Shown: positions 8,003-18,363, counted from the first letter of the stretch. The stretch is 24,233 nt of DNA from a virus (IMGVR_UViG_3300031848_000657:1-24233); one strand, 5' to 3'. Numbers and translations: made by a program. Notes: generated from the letters alone by a model not told the origin.

Positions 8003-8315
8003 CCGCTGTCTCAATACCAAACGCTACTGCACTAACATTAGCTGAGCTTGAGTATGCAACGATTAATTTGCCTGCGTCAATTACGATGCCGGTACGCTCT
8101 AAAACATTCTTCGGATTAAGCTCGACATCGTATTCAATATATTCATCGTTACCCGGTGTACTGGTATCACAAATTGCCAAACGTAGCAAAACTACTGCGT
8201 TGCCTCTATTGACAAAGTTGACACTAGCTACAGTATATGTAGATGCGGGGCACGTGTAAATAGTTGTATTCGTTGCAGCAACAATATCCGCTGTTCCTAT
8301 TCTTCCTGTGGCCAT
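7998..8315 (-). CDS. Small virion structural protein (beta-rich family, paralog 1), 105 aa
   Basis: TIYTCPA..TVASVNFVN...YIEYDVEL.PK...IVID.G...VSAVAFGIE. The same pattern occurs in 18364..18693 and 22324..22689. GGAG RBS. Confidence 0.7.
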   Translation of the reverse strand: MATGRIGTADIVAATNTTIYTCPASTYTVASVNFVNRGNAVVLLRLAICDTSTPGNDEYIEYDVELNPKNVLERTGIVIDAGKLIVAYSSSANVSAVAFGIETAA

Positions 8316-8329
8316 TTGTTATTTCTCCA

Positions 8330-11300
8330 TTAACCTTGTATAAACATATTTAGTGCGACTGGTGAACCACTTATGCCGCCTGTATAGTTTACTTGTGTTG
8401 TTATATTTATCTCTTGATTGGTAGTATGAGATATAGTTGAACCAATAATATTAACTGATCCTGCTGTTATTGAGTTTACATTTAGTTCACCAGCACCACC
8501 ACCAATTTGACTTGCTATATAAGTTTTAATAGCTCGCTGTGTTGGAATAATACTGTCGCTGTTGGCTGTAAACGTGCCATCAGTTGAAAACTCAGTAATA
8601 TTTGCACTAGTACCACCTAATGATATTTCACCGAGTTGTAGTTCTTGCAAACCACTTACGTTAAATGCATCTGCATTTAATGTTGCTCTACCAGTTGCCT
8701 GTTCTACACTAAACAACTCACCTACTCTAAAGTTACCATCTTGGTCAGTTGAAGTATAAAATACTCTTCCTCCGCCAAAGTCTTTAGATTCATCTGTTTG
8801 GTCAGGTACTATACTAGGTGTTCCTGGATAGTTAGTAGTAGTAAATCCACCAGTACCTACATCTAGGAAATCGTGTCCTGTTAAACGTACTTGACTGTAT
8901 CTACTACGTATAGTTATAGCTTCATCGTGTTCTGGTGCTTCTGTAGTAGTAATAACTGGACTAACTTGTATTAGTGCAGAGTAATTACTGCCGCTACCAG
9001 TTACTGCTGTTACTCCAACTAATTTATACCATTTGCTTGCAATACCAGCTACTTCTACGTTTGCTCCTGCTTTTGGAATTGCAGTTAGCCCGTCGACCTT
9101 AATAAACTGTCCTGGCTGATAAAAGTCAGCATAACCAGCTGCTGATACTATTGTAGCTGTTGCTGTTGTATATCCTGTGCCTCTTGCACTAAACGTTGGT
9201 TGTCCAAGTACACCGTTTCCGTATCTAACAATATGCGGAACATCAACAGTATTATTTGGATCTGTTAGTGTGAATGTTGGTGCTGAACTGTATCCTACAC
9301 CAGGATGCCATAGTCTAACTTCAACGACCTTTCCGTCTTCAACTTTTACTCTAGATTTAGCAATATCTGCATATGCACTTACGCCGCCGCCACTAAACAC
9401 TACTCTTGGTTCAATAACATATTCTGTTGTTGCATCAAGTGCCGCAACAATAGCTGCACCGTAACATGAGTCCCAACCTGCACTACCGTCACTGTTTTTA
9501 AGAACAGTAGCTATTTTAGTTCCTGCATTATAAGCATTAATATAAGCATATTGTCCTGCACCAGTGCCGCTAACAATCCAGATAGCCATGCCTGCATACA
9601 CTGCACTTAAACTTGCATCAGTATTACTAATTGTAATTTGTGTTGTGTTACCTATTTGTGCAGTGTTAGTTGCTGTAACGTATCCTGCTCCACCTAAATT
9701 ACTTGCTGGATCTAGTAGTCTTACTTCATATACGCCACCGTCATACACATTTTCTGCACTAATAGTAGCATCATTGTTGCCACCTGTAATAGTAGAGGTT
9801 GTGTCAGCGTTTGCGTATCCAACACCAGCATTTGTATATTCAAATTGTAGTATTTTATTTTTATCTGTTAATACTTTCTTTACATTAGCTTCTGTTGATC
9901 TATTAGTAACTGTACCAGTAACTGCTACTTCTGTTGCATCAACTCCTTCAGCAACAGTACCGTAGTCACCATATGATGAGTTACCGTTTGTTGCTCGAAT
10001 CTTTCCGCCGTTTTCTGCCAAGTAACCAATGTGTGCATAGTAGGAGAACACACTAACAAGTTCTGCTCTTCCTAAGTTAGTTACCCAAGCACCGATACCT
10101 TGGTCAATTATTTGTGTAAAGTCGTTGGCAACAATTGAATCGTTGCCGCCATCGTGTAAATCTCCGTCTATCTTTAGACCAATACATTTAGTACCAAATG
10201 TTGTTACATTTTGTATATATGGTGATCTAGTAGCAATCCATGCTTCTGTATCAGCTGGACCGTATCCCGGATCTAAACTTATAAATGCTCCTGCACTCGG
10301 ACGTTTAGTTCCGTATGCGTTTGCACTACCTAAAGTTCCTATTAATCCACTTACTGTACAGTTTCTAAGTCCAGTGCCATTACGCATATAGAACATATTT
10401 TCAGCTGCACTACCACTTACTGAATTACCATAAAGTTCTGCACCTGTTAATGTTCTCCAGTTACCTGTATAAATTATATCATATTTTACTGCATCTAAGT
10501 ATCTGTTAACATCTCTTGTACAAGCTGCAATAGTATACGAATAACTTGGATAGTTTACTGCAATATATGCGTGTACTTCTGCTACTAAGAATGCTCTGTT
10601 TGCTTCAATACATTCTGCAGCAAAAGTATATGCTGTTGATGTTTCAGCAGTGTTAGTACCTCTTGTAGTAGGAACTGTAGAGTCACCTGAAACACCGTTA
10701 ACACGATAGTCAATATAATCTTGCAATTCTTGAAGTAAGTTTGCTGCTGCTGTGCCTGCTGCTGATGATCCTGCCGGTCTTGTTGTTACTTGAGTTACAG
10801 CATTGCCTGATGATCTAGTAATACTAGCGTTAGTAACAACGGAGGGCATAATTGCTTGTAATCTTGCAATAGCTGCTATGCTCTTTGGAACATCAGCTGC
10901 TCCTGTCTGTATACCTGCTGGCGTAATTTTAGTTGACCGTAACTCGTCTCCAATAAGTGCAGTATTTGCTGGAACAATTATTGGAAGTGTTTCTGTAAAC
11001 GTTCCGCTTTTAATATATAGCGAGTTATTTGGTACAACAGCTGATGCCATGCTACTAACATTGCCTGCTGTAACTGCCGCTGTAAGAATGCCTGAAAGTG
11101 TTGTAGCTGTTGACAAATCGTCTGCTAGTTCTGCTTGTGCTGCTTCTGTTTGTTGCGTAGCTATAATATTACTGTTTAGCGTTTGATAATTAGCTGTAGG
11201 TGCTACATTAGTTAATACAGCATCTATAACAACCAATGCTCTAGCAATCATTGCATTAAATTCTACTTTCTTACCTGTAATGGTAGAATCGTTATGTATA

Positions 11301-13102
11301 GCTGTTGTTAATGCTCGTGTGCGTACATTGCCACTATGCCCTAAATCATAAACTAATGCGTCAACTAATCTTCCAACTAATACTAACCAAGTTGCTTTTG
11401 TATATGTAAATGATCCTGAGTAAGGACTTGTTACGTTTGCAATACCATGGTCTACAAATTCTACAGCATCTTGTGCAATAAAACTTCTATTAATATGTAG
11501 TAATCGTTTAGCTGCTGGACGTTCAGCACCATCCCAAATTTGTTGTGTAGCAAATTGGATTGTTTTCCAAGGACGGTCTAATGTAAGTCCGTAATCACTT
11601 GCAGGTGCATCTACGCCTGAGCCTGGATGCACATAATAAATATTATTAAGTCTACCAAAATATCCCCATTCTGGTGCAGTACCTGCGGTATTAACTTTAA
11701 GTACTTGACCTGTAGTTCCAACTGGAAGTCGCGTTGGACCTGAGCCACTGTAGTAAACTATGTCGCCTTGTGTTGTTAAGTTTCCTGATTCTGCACCAGC
11801 AATTAATACATTCCAATATGTACCACTATCTACGTCTGGTCTATTAGATGCCGTAGCTGATGTGTGTGCAAGTATACAAACATAGCTGTTTACGCCATAT
11901 TTGATTGAGTCGCCTTTGTCATAAAGTGTTGCGTCTGTCCAAGTGTTTTTCCATTTGAAACCTTCGTTAAGTAGTTCCCAATGTGTTGCACTTGGTGGTC
12001 GCTGTCCTGTATGATCTAAAATACATAGATATGTAAATCCGCCAAGTCTTACTACATCACCAACAGCATACTCTTCTGCAGCACTATCATCGCCCCAATC
12101 TTGTGCATGTTTAAATCCTGTTGTAAATAAGTCCCAGTCTGTAGTATTAGTTGACGGCTGTCCGTTTCCTATATTATTTGTTTTAGCAACATAAGAGTAC
12201 CCACCATAAGTAACAAAGTCACCTGGTTGATATGTTGTAGTACCGCTCCATGTATCCTCAAATTCTAACCCTTCAACAAACTGTGCCCATTTACTTTCGT
12301 CTGCTGCGAACGTTGCTTGACTAGTATGATAAGTTGTACAAATCCATGTACCTCCGCCATACTTAACAATGTCATTAATTTTATATCGAACACTATCTGA
12401 CCATTCTACTTTGTACTCTAGGCCTTTGTTTAAGTAATCCCACTTTGATTGATCATTTTCTAAACCAAGTGCTTCAGTAGCGGCAGATGTGTGTCCAAGA
12501 TTACAAACATAAACTTGTCCACCATAACGTACAAGATCATTTTTTCTATATCTTGTACTAGCAACCCAATCCTGTCTCCAAAAAAGACCTTCGGAGAAAA
12601 TATTCCATTTAGATTGATCTGCTTCTAATCCAAGGGCATTTGTTGCCGATGACGTGTGTGCTGTAATACAAATATAAACAGTACCGTTGTACTTTGCAAT
12701 ATCATTAACTTTATAACGAGTATTAATAATCCAGTTTACTTTGTAATCAAAACCTTCTGCAAATAAATCCCAACTTCCGGAATCTGCTTCTAAACCTAAA
12801 GTTATATTTGCTGCTGATGTATGTTCAGCAGTTGCAATATATAAGTATCCGCCATACTTAGCAATGTCATTAATTTTATAAAGAGTGTTTATAGTCCAAT
12901 CACTTTTCCATTCTTGACCATCGGAACTTTTATTCCAATATGTTGATTGACTAGTTGAAAACAATGCCGGGGCCGCATGACCTTTAATACAAATATATGT
13001 ATTTCCGCCGTTTCTAACAATATCATCTTTGTAATAGGTGGTGGAAGTTGTCCATGTTCCCTTCCATATAAACCTAATTCTACCTAACTTAAATTCAGCC
13101 AT
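8330..13102 (-). CDS. Large tail fibre/spike protein: 8 CBM5/12-like repeats, pectin-lyase-like beta-helix and helical inserts, 1590 aa
   Basis: Repeats W...T.Y..(G/N)D+V.Y.G..Y+C...HTS. YYVHPGSGVD...RPWKTIQFA and GDELRS are typical beta-helix entry motifs. SPYIQNVTTFG, SIVANDFTQI and the C-terminal SQVRLTGHDFLDVG...GRVFYTSTDQ.GNFRVG are shared with 13136..17962. Confidence 0.85.
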   Translation of the reverse strand: MAEFKLGRIRFIWKGTWTTSTTYYKDDIVRNGGNTYICIKGHAAPALFSTSQSTYWNKSSDGQEWKSDWTINTLYKINDIAKYGGYLYIATAEHTSAANITLGLEADSGSWDLFAEGFDYKVNWIINTRYKVNDIAKYNGTVYICITAHTSSATNALGLEADQSKWNIFSEGLFWRQDWVASTRYRKNDLVRYGGQVYVCNLGHTSAATEALGLENDQSKWDYLNKGLEYKVEWSDSVRYKINDIVKYGGGTWICTTYHTSQATFAADESKWAQFVEGLEFEDTWSGTTTYQPGDFVTYGGYSYVAKTNNIGNGQPSTNTTDWDLFTTGFKHAQDWGDDSAAEEYAVGDVVRLGGFTYLCILDHTGQRPPSATHWELLNEGFKWKNTWTDATLYDKGDSIKYGVNSYVCILAHTSATASNRPDVDSGTYWNVLIAGAESGNLTTQGDIVYYSGSGPTRLPVGTTGQVLKVNTAGTAPEWGYFGRLNNIYYVHPGSGVDAPASDYGLTLDRPWKTIQFATQQIWDGAERPAAKRLLHINRSFIAQDAVEFVDHGIANVTSPYSGSFTYTKATWLVLVGRLVDALVYDLGHSGNVRTRALTTAIHNDSTITGKKVEFNAMIARALVVIDAVLTNVAPTANYQTLNSNIIATQQTEAAQAELADDLSTATTLSGILTAAVTAGNVSSMASAVVPNNSLYIKSGTFTETLPIIVPANTALIGDELRSTKITPAGIQTGAADVPKSIAAIARLQAIMPSVVTNASITRSSGNAVTQVTTRPAGSSAAGTAAANLLQELQDYIDYRVNGVSGDSTVPTTRGTNTAETSTAYTFAAECIEANRAFLVAEVHAYIAVNYPSYSYTIAACTRDVNRYLDAVKYDIIYTGNWRTLTGAELYGNSVSGSAAENMFYMRNGTGLRNCTVSGLIGTLGSANAYGTKRPSAGAFISLDPGYGPADTEAWIATRSPYIQNVTTFGTKCIGLKIDGDLHDGGNDSIVANDFTQIIDQGIGAWVTNLGRAELVSVFSYYAHIGYLAENGGKIRATNGNSSYGDYGTVAEGVDATEVAVTGTVTNRSTEANVKKVLTDKNKILQFEYTNAGVGYANADTTSTITGGNNDATISAENVYDGGVYEVRLLDPASNLGGAGYVTATNTAQIGNTTQITISNTDASLSAVYAGMAIWIVSGTGAGQYAYINAYNAGTKIATVLKNSDGSAGWDSCYGAAIVAALDATTEYVIEPRVVFSGGGVSAYADIAKSRVKVEDGKVVEVRLWHPGVGYSSAPTFTLTDPNNTVDVPHIVRYGNGVLGQPTFSARGTGYTTATATIVSAAGYADFYQPGQFIKVDGLTAIPKAGANVEVAGIASKWYKLVGVTAVTGSGSNYSALIQVSPVITTTEAPEHDEAITIRSRYSQVRLTGHDFLDVGTGGFTTTNYPGTPSIVPDQTDESKDFGGGRVFYTSTDQDGNFRVGELFSVEQATGRATLNADAFNVSGLQELQLGEISLGGTSANITEFSTDGTFTANSDSIIPTQRAIKTYIASQIGGGAGELNVNSITAGSVNIIGSTISHTTNQEINITTQVNYTGGISGSPVALNMFIQG
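11810..13070 (-). repeat. Eight tandem ~50-aa CBM5/12-like (Trp/Tyr-rich) protein repeats
   Basis: Eight units counted in the translation, from WKGTWTTSTTYYKDDIV to WKNTWTDATLYDKGDSI. Boundaries are approximate. Confidence 0.8.
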
Positions 13103-13126
13103 TTAGCACTCCATAAACCTTATATA

Positions 13127-13134
13127 TATTTATC
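13127..13134 (-). promoter_or_regulatory. Late promoter GATAAATA
   Basis: ATAAATA core in the 33-nt gap, followed by a GGAG RBS and the ATG at 13102. Confidence 0.65.
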
Positions 13135-13135
13135 A

Positions 13136-16100
13136 TTATATGTTTGTCCTTGCGTTTGCACTATCCATTCCATGACCAAAGAACTGCAATGCAGCCATAT
13201 TACCTTTAGTAGGTTTTGTAAAGTGTTGTCTAGATGTTACTGTTATTGGCAACCCAGACGTTGTTGTAATCGTATTTCCGAATATGTGAACTGTACCAGC
13301 TACTAATACTGTAGCGTTAGCATTGCTGGTTCCACCGGATACTCTTGATTCAAGATATCTACCTATAGCTCGTTGTGTTGGAACAATATTATTAGCATTA
13401 GCAATAAACGTTGATTCTTTTGAGAATTCATTAATAACAACTTGAGTTCCTCCAACAACAATACCACCTAGTGTTAACTGTGATAGTCCTGTTAAGTTGA
13501 ACTGCGAAGCAGCAATAGTAATAATGCCTGTATCTTGTTCTACTTTAAATTGTTCACCAACTCTAAAGTTACCATTTTGATCAGTTGAAGTATAAAATAC
13601 TCTACCTGCGTTTGCTTCTAAAACTTCATTTTGTTGTTTAGGATCGTTGGCAGCGGAATATCCTTCAACATACCTTCCCGGATAATCAGTGTCTGTAAGA
13701 TTACCAGCTCCTACATCTAAGAAGTCGTGCCCAGTTAATCTTACTTGGCTATATTGCTGTCTAATAGTAATTGATTCTCCGTGTATTGGAGATTCTGCTC
13801 TACCCAATGTAGGACTAATTGTTATTTTAACTGTAAAGTTTGGAGCACTTCCTGTCTGTGAAATAACCTCTGAAACTTTATAGTTAACATCATTAATTTC
13901 ATTAATAACCAAGTTGTCTCCAGGTCCTGGAACTAAGCTAACGTTTGATAAATTTAATGTTTTTCCAATTTGGAAACTGTCTGCATATCCATCACCTGTA
14001 ATTACTGCTGTAGCTGTGATGTAACTTGTTCCTCTATTAGAAAACACCGGCTGTGATAATACACCATCGCCAATTCTTGATATTTGAGTCGAATAAATCG
14101 TTGCTTGGGAGTCATAAACTGTGACTGTTGGTGCTGTTGTGTACTGACTGCCAGGTTCGTACATAAGGAATTCGTTAATTTTATCTGAAGCAACTACTGC
14201 CCTTGCAAATGGTTTTGCTCCCCATCCAGATACTGTATTCCAGTTAGCATTATTACTTGCAACTAAACTCCATTTTTGTAGTGTAGGACTGTATGCTTGT
14301 GCGGACCAGCTAGCACTTTCTGTAGTAACAAAGTCAGTGCTGTCGTCACTAGTGATTCTCCACACAACTCCATCTTGTGACTTTGCAATTTGTGTTCCAG
14401 TTCCAGTGGCCATAAATGTTCCGCCACCGTATTCTATTTTTAAATAATCAGTTGCACCAGGTATAGTATGCTCGTACCAAGTTAGGCTATCAAAACTAAT
14501 TGCTGTTTTTGTTAAACTACTAGCATCGCCTGGATCAATAGCAACAAATCTACCATTACCAAATGCTATGTCAGTATAACCTGTTGGTAGTCTTCCTGTT
14601 GCTCCGGCATTAAACTGGTAAAATGTTGCTCCGAGATCTGAGCTCATAGCAACACCACCTGACGTTCCTTCATTAATAGCAACAAAGGTTCCGCCAGTAG
14701 TAGACCCAACTCCTGGTCCAAATGCAACTCTTTTATAGTTATGTGTGCCGCCTGCCGCTGCTCCTGTTACAGTTCTAAATGTTCCTGCGTTTAAGTCAGT
14801 GGTTGTGTAAAGTGAATGTGAATTTATTCCAGTTACTAAAATTGTAGAACCTTCTTTAATTGCTGCGCCGCGAATGTTAGCAGAACTAAACGCTGCACTC
14901 ATTGTTGGACATACGTTAGTATTAGATAAATTTGCTGTATTGAAGCTATACACACCCAAAGTTGTACAAATAAGTATTCTACTTCCGTTAGTGTCTGATA
15001 TTACTTTTGTAACATTGCGGCTAGCTATTCTAATTACTGGTGTACTCCAAGATAACCCGTCTGTTGAGTGAGATGAATATACTGTAGATCCTTGAGTAAA
15101 TGCGACATAGCTATTACCTGCAGGAAACCAAATTACCTCTGTCCAGTTAGTACTACTAGGAGCAGTAGCTGATGTAGCTACTAAAGTATGATCACTAAAT
15201 GTTACTCTAGGCTCTAAACTATATCTAGTTGATGTAGTTAGGTCTACTTCAATTGGCCATCCTGGATTTATATGATCCCAACCTGGTGAATCATCTGATT
15301 CTCTACTAACTTGTGCTACTTTAGATGCTGAATTATAACTAGCAATATAACCATATTGGCCTACGCCAGTGCCTTCTTTTATGAATACTCTTAACCCTTG
15401 ATACTTTGCATTAGTTCCGTCAGTGTCAGAAGCCGCTAGAGTAATACTAGTTAAGTTTCCGTCTTGTGCAGAGTTTAATTTAAATTGATAGTTATTGCCG
15501 CCGGGCTTACTAGAATCACCCGGGTCAGTTAGTATAACTTCATAGACTCCATCGTCTCTAGTTTCTTGGAAACTTGCAGCTGCGTTGACGCCTTGACCTG
15601 CAAATGTTACCGAAGTTCCTGCGGCAGTGTAGTTAGTACCAGCATTTTTATATTCTATTCCTAATAACATGTTTACGTTATCAGTAAGTACATTACCATT
15701 TGCTTCAGCAGATCGGTTATTTACTAGTCCTGTAATAGCTGTTTCGTTTGGATCAAATCCTTCAGCTACAGAACCATATGTTCCGTAGGAGTTATTACCA
15801 TTAGTTGCACGTAGTTTGCCACCTTCGTCTGCCAAGTAACCAATATGGCAGTAGTACGTAAACACACTAACAAGTTCTGATCTACCATTATTAGATGCCC
15901 AATAACCAATGCCGTCACTTATAATTTGCGTAAAGTCGTTAGCAACAATTGATTTATTGCCTGCATTATGTAAATTACCGTCAACTTTTAATCCAATACA
16001 TCCTGTACCAAACGTTGTTACATTTTGTATATATGGTGATTTAGATGTAATATGTACAGTAGTATCAGCTATCCCTGCTCCTGGATCTAAACTTACAAAC

Positions 16101-17962
16101 GCACCTGCACTTGGACGCTTAGTTCCATATGCATTAACAGTTCCTAATGTTCCTGTAATACCTTGTAACGTCATATTACGTATGCCAGAGCCGTTACTAA
16201 CATAAAACATATTATTTGCTTCAAGTCCGGTAACTGGTTGTACTGTTACACTTCTTAATTCGTCACCTACTAGTGTTGTTTGTCTAGGTACTTGGATTGG
16301 TATCTGTTCATTATAATATCCTGCTGTAACATATATAGTTGCAGGAGCTCTAGCAGCCCAATCTTGATTAATATAATCGCATGCATATTTTATTGTCTTG
16401 AACGGACCGTTAGATGTTCTTCCGTTTGTTTGTGAATCTAACCCACTAGGCGCAACATAGTAAACGTTTGATATTGGCCCAAAGTCTTGCCATATAGTAT
16501 CACCACCAATTACTTTTAATGTGGCGCCTGCATTACCAATTGCTAGTCTTTCAGTCTGACTAGAATCTCTAACTCTAATATCGCCATCTGTAGTTAATAC
16601 GTTACCGGTAATACCCTGTAACATTATTTGCCAATAATTTTCGTTTGCATTTTCATAGACATCTAAATCTGGTCTATTATCAGATTCTGCACCAGTGTGT
16701 CTTAGTATACAATAGTAAGCAGTAGCATCATATGTAACAATATCGCCAATTTCGTATTGTAAGGCATCTATCCAATCACTTCTCCATCTATGTCCAGGAA
16801 CAAGTATTTGCCATTTATTTGAAGTATCAGGATATTCACCTGTAGAGTTTGATATACAAATCTGTAAGTAGCCACCAAATCTTACAAGATCACCAGTGTA
16901 GTATGGTGTTGCATGATTATATAACCCTTGGTGCTTATACCCTTCTTTTAATAATTCCCAGTTACCAGTATTTTGAATTTTACCATTTAAGCTAGGTTGG
17001 CTGTTTAAGTTGTTTTGTAAACATGTGTATACGTATCCACCGTACAGTACAATATCACCTATTTGATATTCTGTTCCAGATGTCCATAGTAGCTCGTATC
17101 CGAATCCTGGTAACCATACTGTCCAGTAACTACTTGCTTCGTCAGTTCTAAATAAGTCCGCTGATGTATGTCCCACTGAACATTTAAATAATGTTTCGCC
17201 ATATTTTACTAAATCATTTTTTCTATATCTTGTTGCAGTTGCCCAAGCGGTCTTATATTCAAAATTGTCATATACAATTTCCCACTTAGCTTGGTCTGTT
17301 TCTAACCCAAGGGCGTCTGTTGCTGATGACGTGTGTCCTTGTAAACAACGATATACAATACCATTATACCTTGCAACATCGTCAACAAGATAACGAGTAC
17401 TAACAGTCCAATCATATCTCCAATTGTCGGATCTTGTTTCAATTTCCCAACTTGCTTGGTCGTCTTCTAAACCTAAAGCAAAAGAACCAGAAGCGGTATG
17501 TTTTGCTATAGCACGATATGTAATACCGCCATAAGTTACTACATCACCTAGGTCATAGTATGAAGATGGTGCCCATGTATTAAGCCAGTTATAAGTTTTA
17601 GCAAGTACTTCCCATTTAGAATAATCTGTATGTACGCCTTGTGATGTAACAACATTTGAAGTATGAGAAGTAATACATCTGTAAACATATCCTTCCCATT
17701 TAACTATTTCACCTACACTATAAAAAGTTGAATTTACCCAGTTTCCTCTCCATACAAATCCATCTAATTGTAGTTCCCATTTAGGACTAGCATGATTTAA
17801 ATCTGTGTAGAATCCTGTAGAAAGCGTATCAGATGTATGCCCTATTATACAAACAAATGCTTTACCTTGATAGTGTACAATATCATCTTTTCGATATACA
17901 GTGGTGTTAGCCCAGATGTTTTTCCATCTAAATCTAATTCTATCTAAGTTAAAATCTGCCAT
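13136..17962 (-). CDS. Large tail fibre/spike protein: 8 CBM5/12-like repeats, beta-helix and an Asp-box (BNR) propeller-like insert, 1608 aa
   Basis: Collinear paralog of 8330..13102 (MADFNLDRIRFRWK vs MAEFKLGRIRFIWK). Asp-box-like motifs STDGLSW, SSDLGATF, SFDSLTW and SQDGVVW lie at ~14220-15190. Confidence 0.85.
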   Translation of the reverse strand: MADFNLDRIRFRWKNIWANTTVYRKDDIVHYQGKAFVCIIGHTSDTLSTGFYTDLNHASPKWELQLDGFVWRGNWVNSTFYSVGEIVKWEGYVYRCITSHTSNVVTSQGVHTDYSKWEVLAKTYNWLNTWAPSSYYDLGDVVTYGGITYRAIAKHTASGSFALGLEDDQASWEIETRSDNWRYDWTVSTRYLVDDVARYNGIVYRCLQGHTSSATDALGLETDQAKWEIVYDNFEYKTAWATATRYRKNDLVKYGETLFKCSVGHTSADLFRTDEASSYWTVWLPGFGYELLWTSGTEYQIGDIVLYGGYVYTCLQNNLNSQPSLNGKIQNTGNWELLKEGYKHQGLYNHATPYYTGDLVRFGGYLQICISNSTGEYPDTSNKWQILVPGHRWRSDWIDALQYEIGDIVTYDATAYYCILRHTGAESDNRPDLDVYENANENYWQIMLQGITGNVLTTDGDIRVRDSSQTERLAIGNAGATLKVIGGDTIWQDFGPISNVYYVAPSGLDSQTNGRTSNGPFKTIKYACDYINQDWAARAPATIYVTAGYYNEQIPIQVPRQTTLVGDELRSVTVQPVTGLEANNMFYVSNGSGIRNMTLQGITGTLGTVNAYGTKRPSAGAFVSLDPGAGIADTTVHITSKSPYIQNVTTFGTGCIGLKVDGNLHNAGNKSIVANDFTQIISDGIGYWASNNGRSELVSVFTYYCHIGYLADEGGKLRATNGNNSYGTYGSVAEGFDPNETAITGLVNNRSAEANGNVLTDNVNMLLGIEYKNAGTNYTAAGTSVTFAGQGVNAAASFQETRDDGVYEVILTDPGDSSKPGGNNYQFKLNSAQDGNLTSITLAASDTDGTNAKYQGLRVFIKEGTGVGQYGYIASYNSASKVAQVSRESDDSPGWDHINPGWPIEVDLTTSTRYSLEPRVTFSDHTLVATSATAPSSTNWTEVIWFPAGNSYVAFTQGSTVYSSHSTDGLSWSTPVIRIASRNVTKVISDTNGSRILICTTLGVYSFNTANLSNTNVCPTMSAAFSSANIRGAAIKEGSTILVTGINSHSLYTTTDLNAGTFRTVTGAAAGGTHNYKRVAFGPGVGSTTGGTFVAINEGTSGGVAMSSDLGATFYQFNAGATGRLPTGYTDIAFGNGRFVAIDPGDASSLTKTAISFDSLTWYEHTIPGATDYLKIEYGGGTFMATGTGTQIAKSQDGVVWRITSDDSTDFVTTESASWSAQAYSPTLQKWSLVASNNANWNTVSGWGAKPFARAVVASDKINEFLMYEPGSQYTTAPTVTVYDSQATIYSTQISRIGDGVLSQPVFSNRGTSYITATAVITGDGYADSFQIGKTLNLSNVSLVPGPGDNLVINEINDVNYKVSEVISQTGSAPNFTVKITISPTLGRAESPIHGESITIRQQYSQVRLTGHDFLDVGAGNLTDTDYPGRYVEGYSAANDPKQQNEVLEANAGRVFYTSTDQNGNFRVGEQFKVEQDTGIITIAASQFNLTGLSQLTLGGIVVGGTQVVINEFSKESTFIANANNIVPTQRAIGRYLESRVSGGTSNANATVLVAGTVHIFGNTITTTSGLPITVTSRQHFTKPTKGNMAALQFFGHGMDSANARTNI
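16625..17930 (-). repeat. Eight tandem ~50-aa CBM5/12-like protein repeats
   Basis: Eight units, from WKNIWANTTVYRKDDIV to WRSDWIDALQYEIGDIV. Boundaries are approximate. Confidence 0.8.
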
Positions 17963-17981
17963 TACTTATTCCTACCTATTA

Positions 17982-17989
17982 TATTTATA
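17982..17989 (-). promoter_or_regulatory. T4-type late promoter TATAAATA
   Basis: Exact match overlapping the TAA of 17985..18353, followed by an AGGA RBS and the ATG at 17962. Confidence 0.75.
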
Positions 17990-18353
17990 GTCCACTCGAT
18001 GATGAGCCATCATCATAATCGTGGTTTTCGTTAACTCTAACACACAATTCACCTTCATCATTTACATAGTAAAAAATATCTCTGTCATCGTGTTTAAACT
18101 GTTCATAATTTAAATTTTCGTATACTAAATTATGTAAGTAATCTCTACCTTCATAAAACTCTTGCCCTTGTTCAAAGTTAGGATAATTGTCAACAGGGTC
18201 ACCAATTTTATTAATTTGAACTACATCATCTTGAGATAATTGATCTACTTTGCCCATAAACAATTCACCGTTATCGGTTCTACGCAATCCGTAAAAGAAC
18301 CTTTGGCCGTTTTGCATAAAGTATTGTTCTTGTGATGCTCCTACATATGCCAT
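17985..18353 (-). CDS. Hypothetical acidic protein in the tail cluster, 122 aa
   Basis: AAGGA RBS and tight packing. Weak internal duplication: FYGLRRTDNGELF / FYYVNDEGELC. Confidence 0.75.
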   Translation of the reverse strand: MAYVGASQEQYFMQNGQRFFYGLRRTDNGELFMGKVDQLSQDDVVQINKIGDPVDNYPNFEQGQEFYEGRDYLHNLVYENLNYEQFKHDDRDIFYYVNDEGELCVRVNENHDYDDGSSSSGL

Positions 18354-18363
18354 TTACTTTTCC

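Noticed and set aside
8404-8411. GATAAATA within the 3' end of the 1590-aa gene, ~90 nt before the next start
   Set aside because: It is intragenic and explained by the codons for EINI. It cannot be distinguished from chance.
8721-13606. Repeat pair as a diversity-generating retroelement TR/VR
   Set aside because: The mismatches are not adenine-specific, both copies are conserved coding motifs, and there is no reverse transcriptase in the window.
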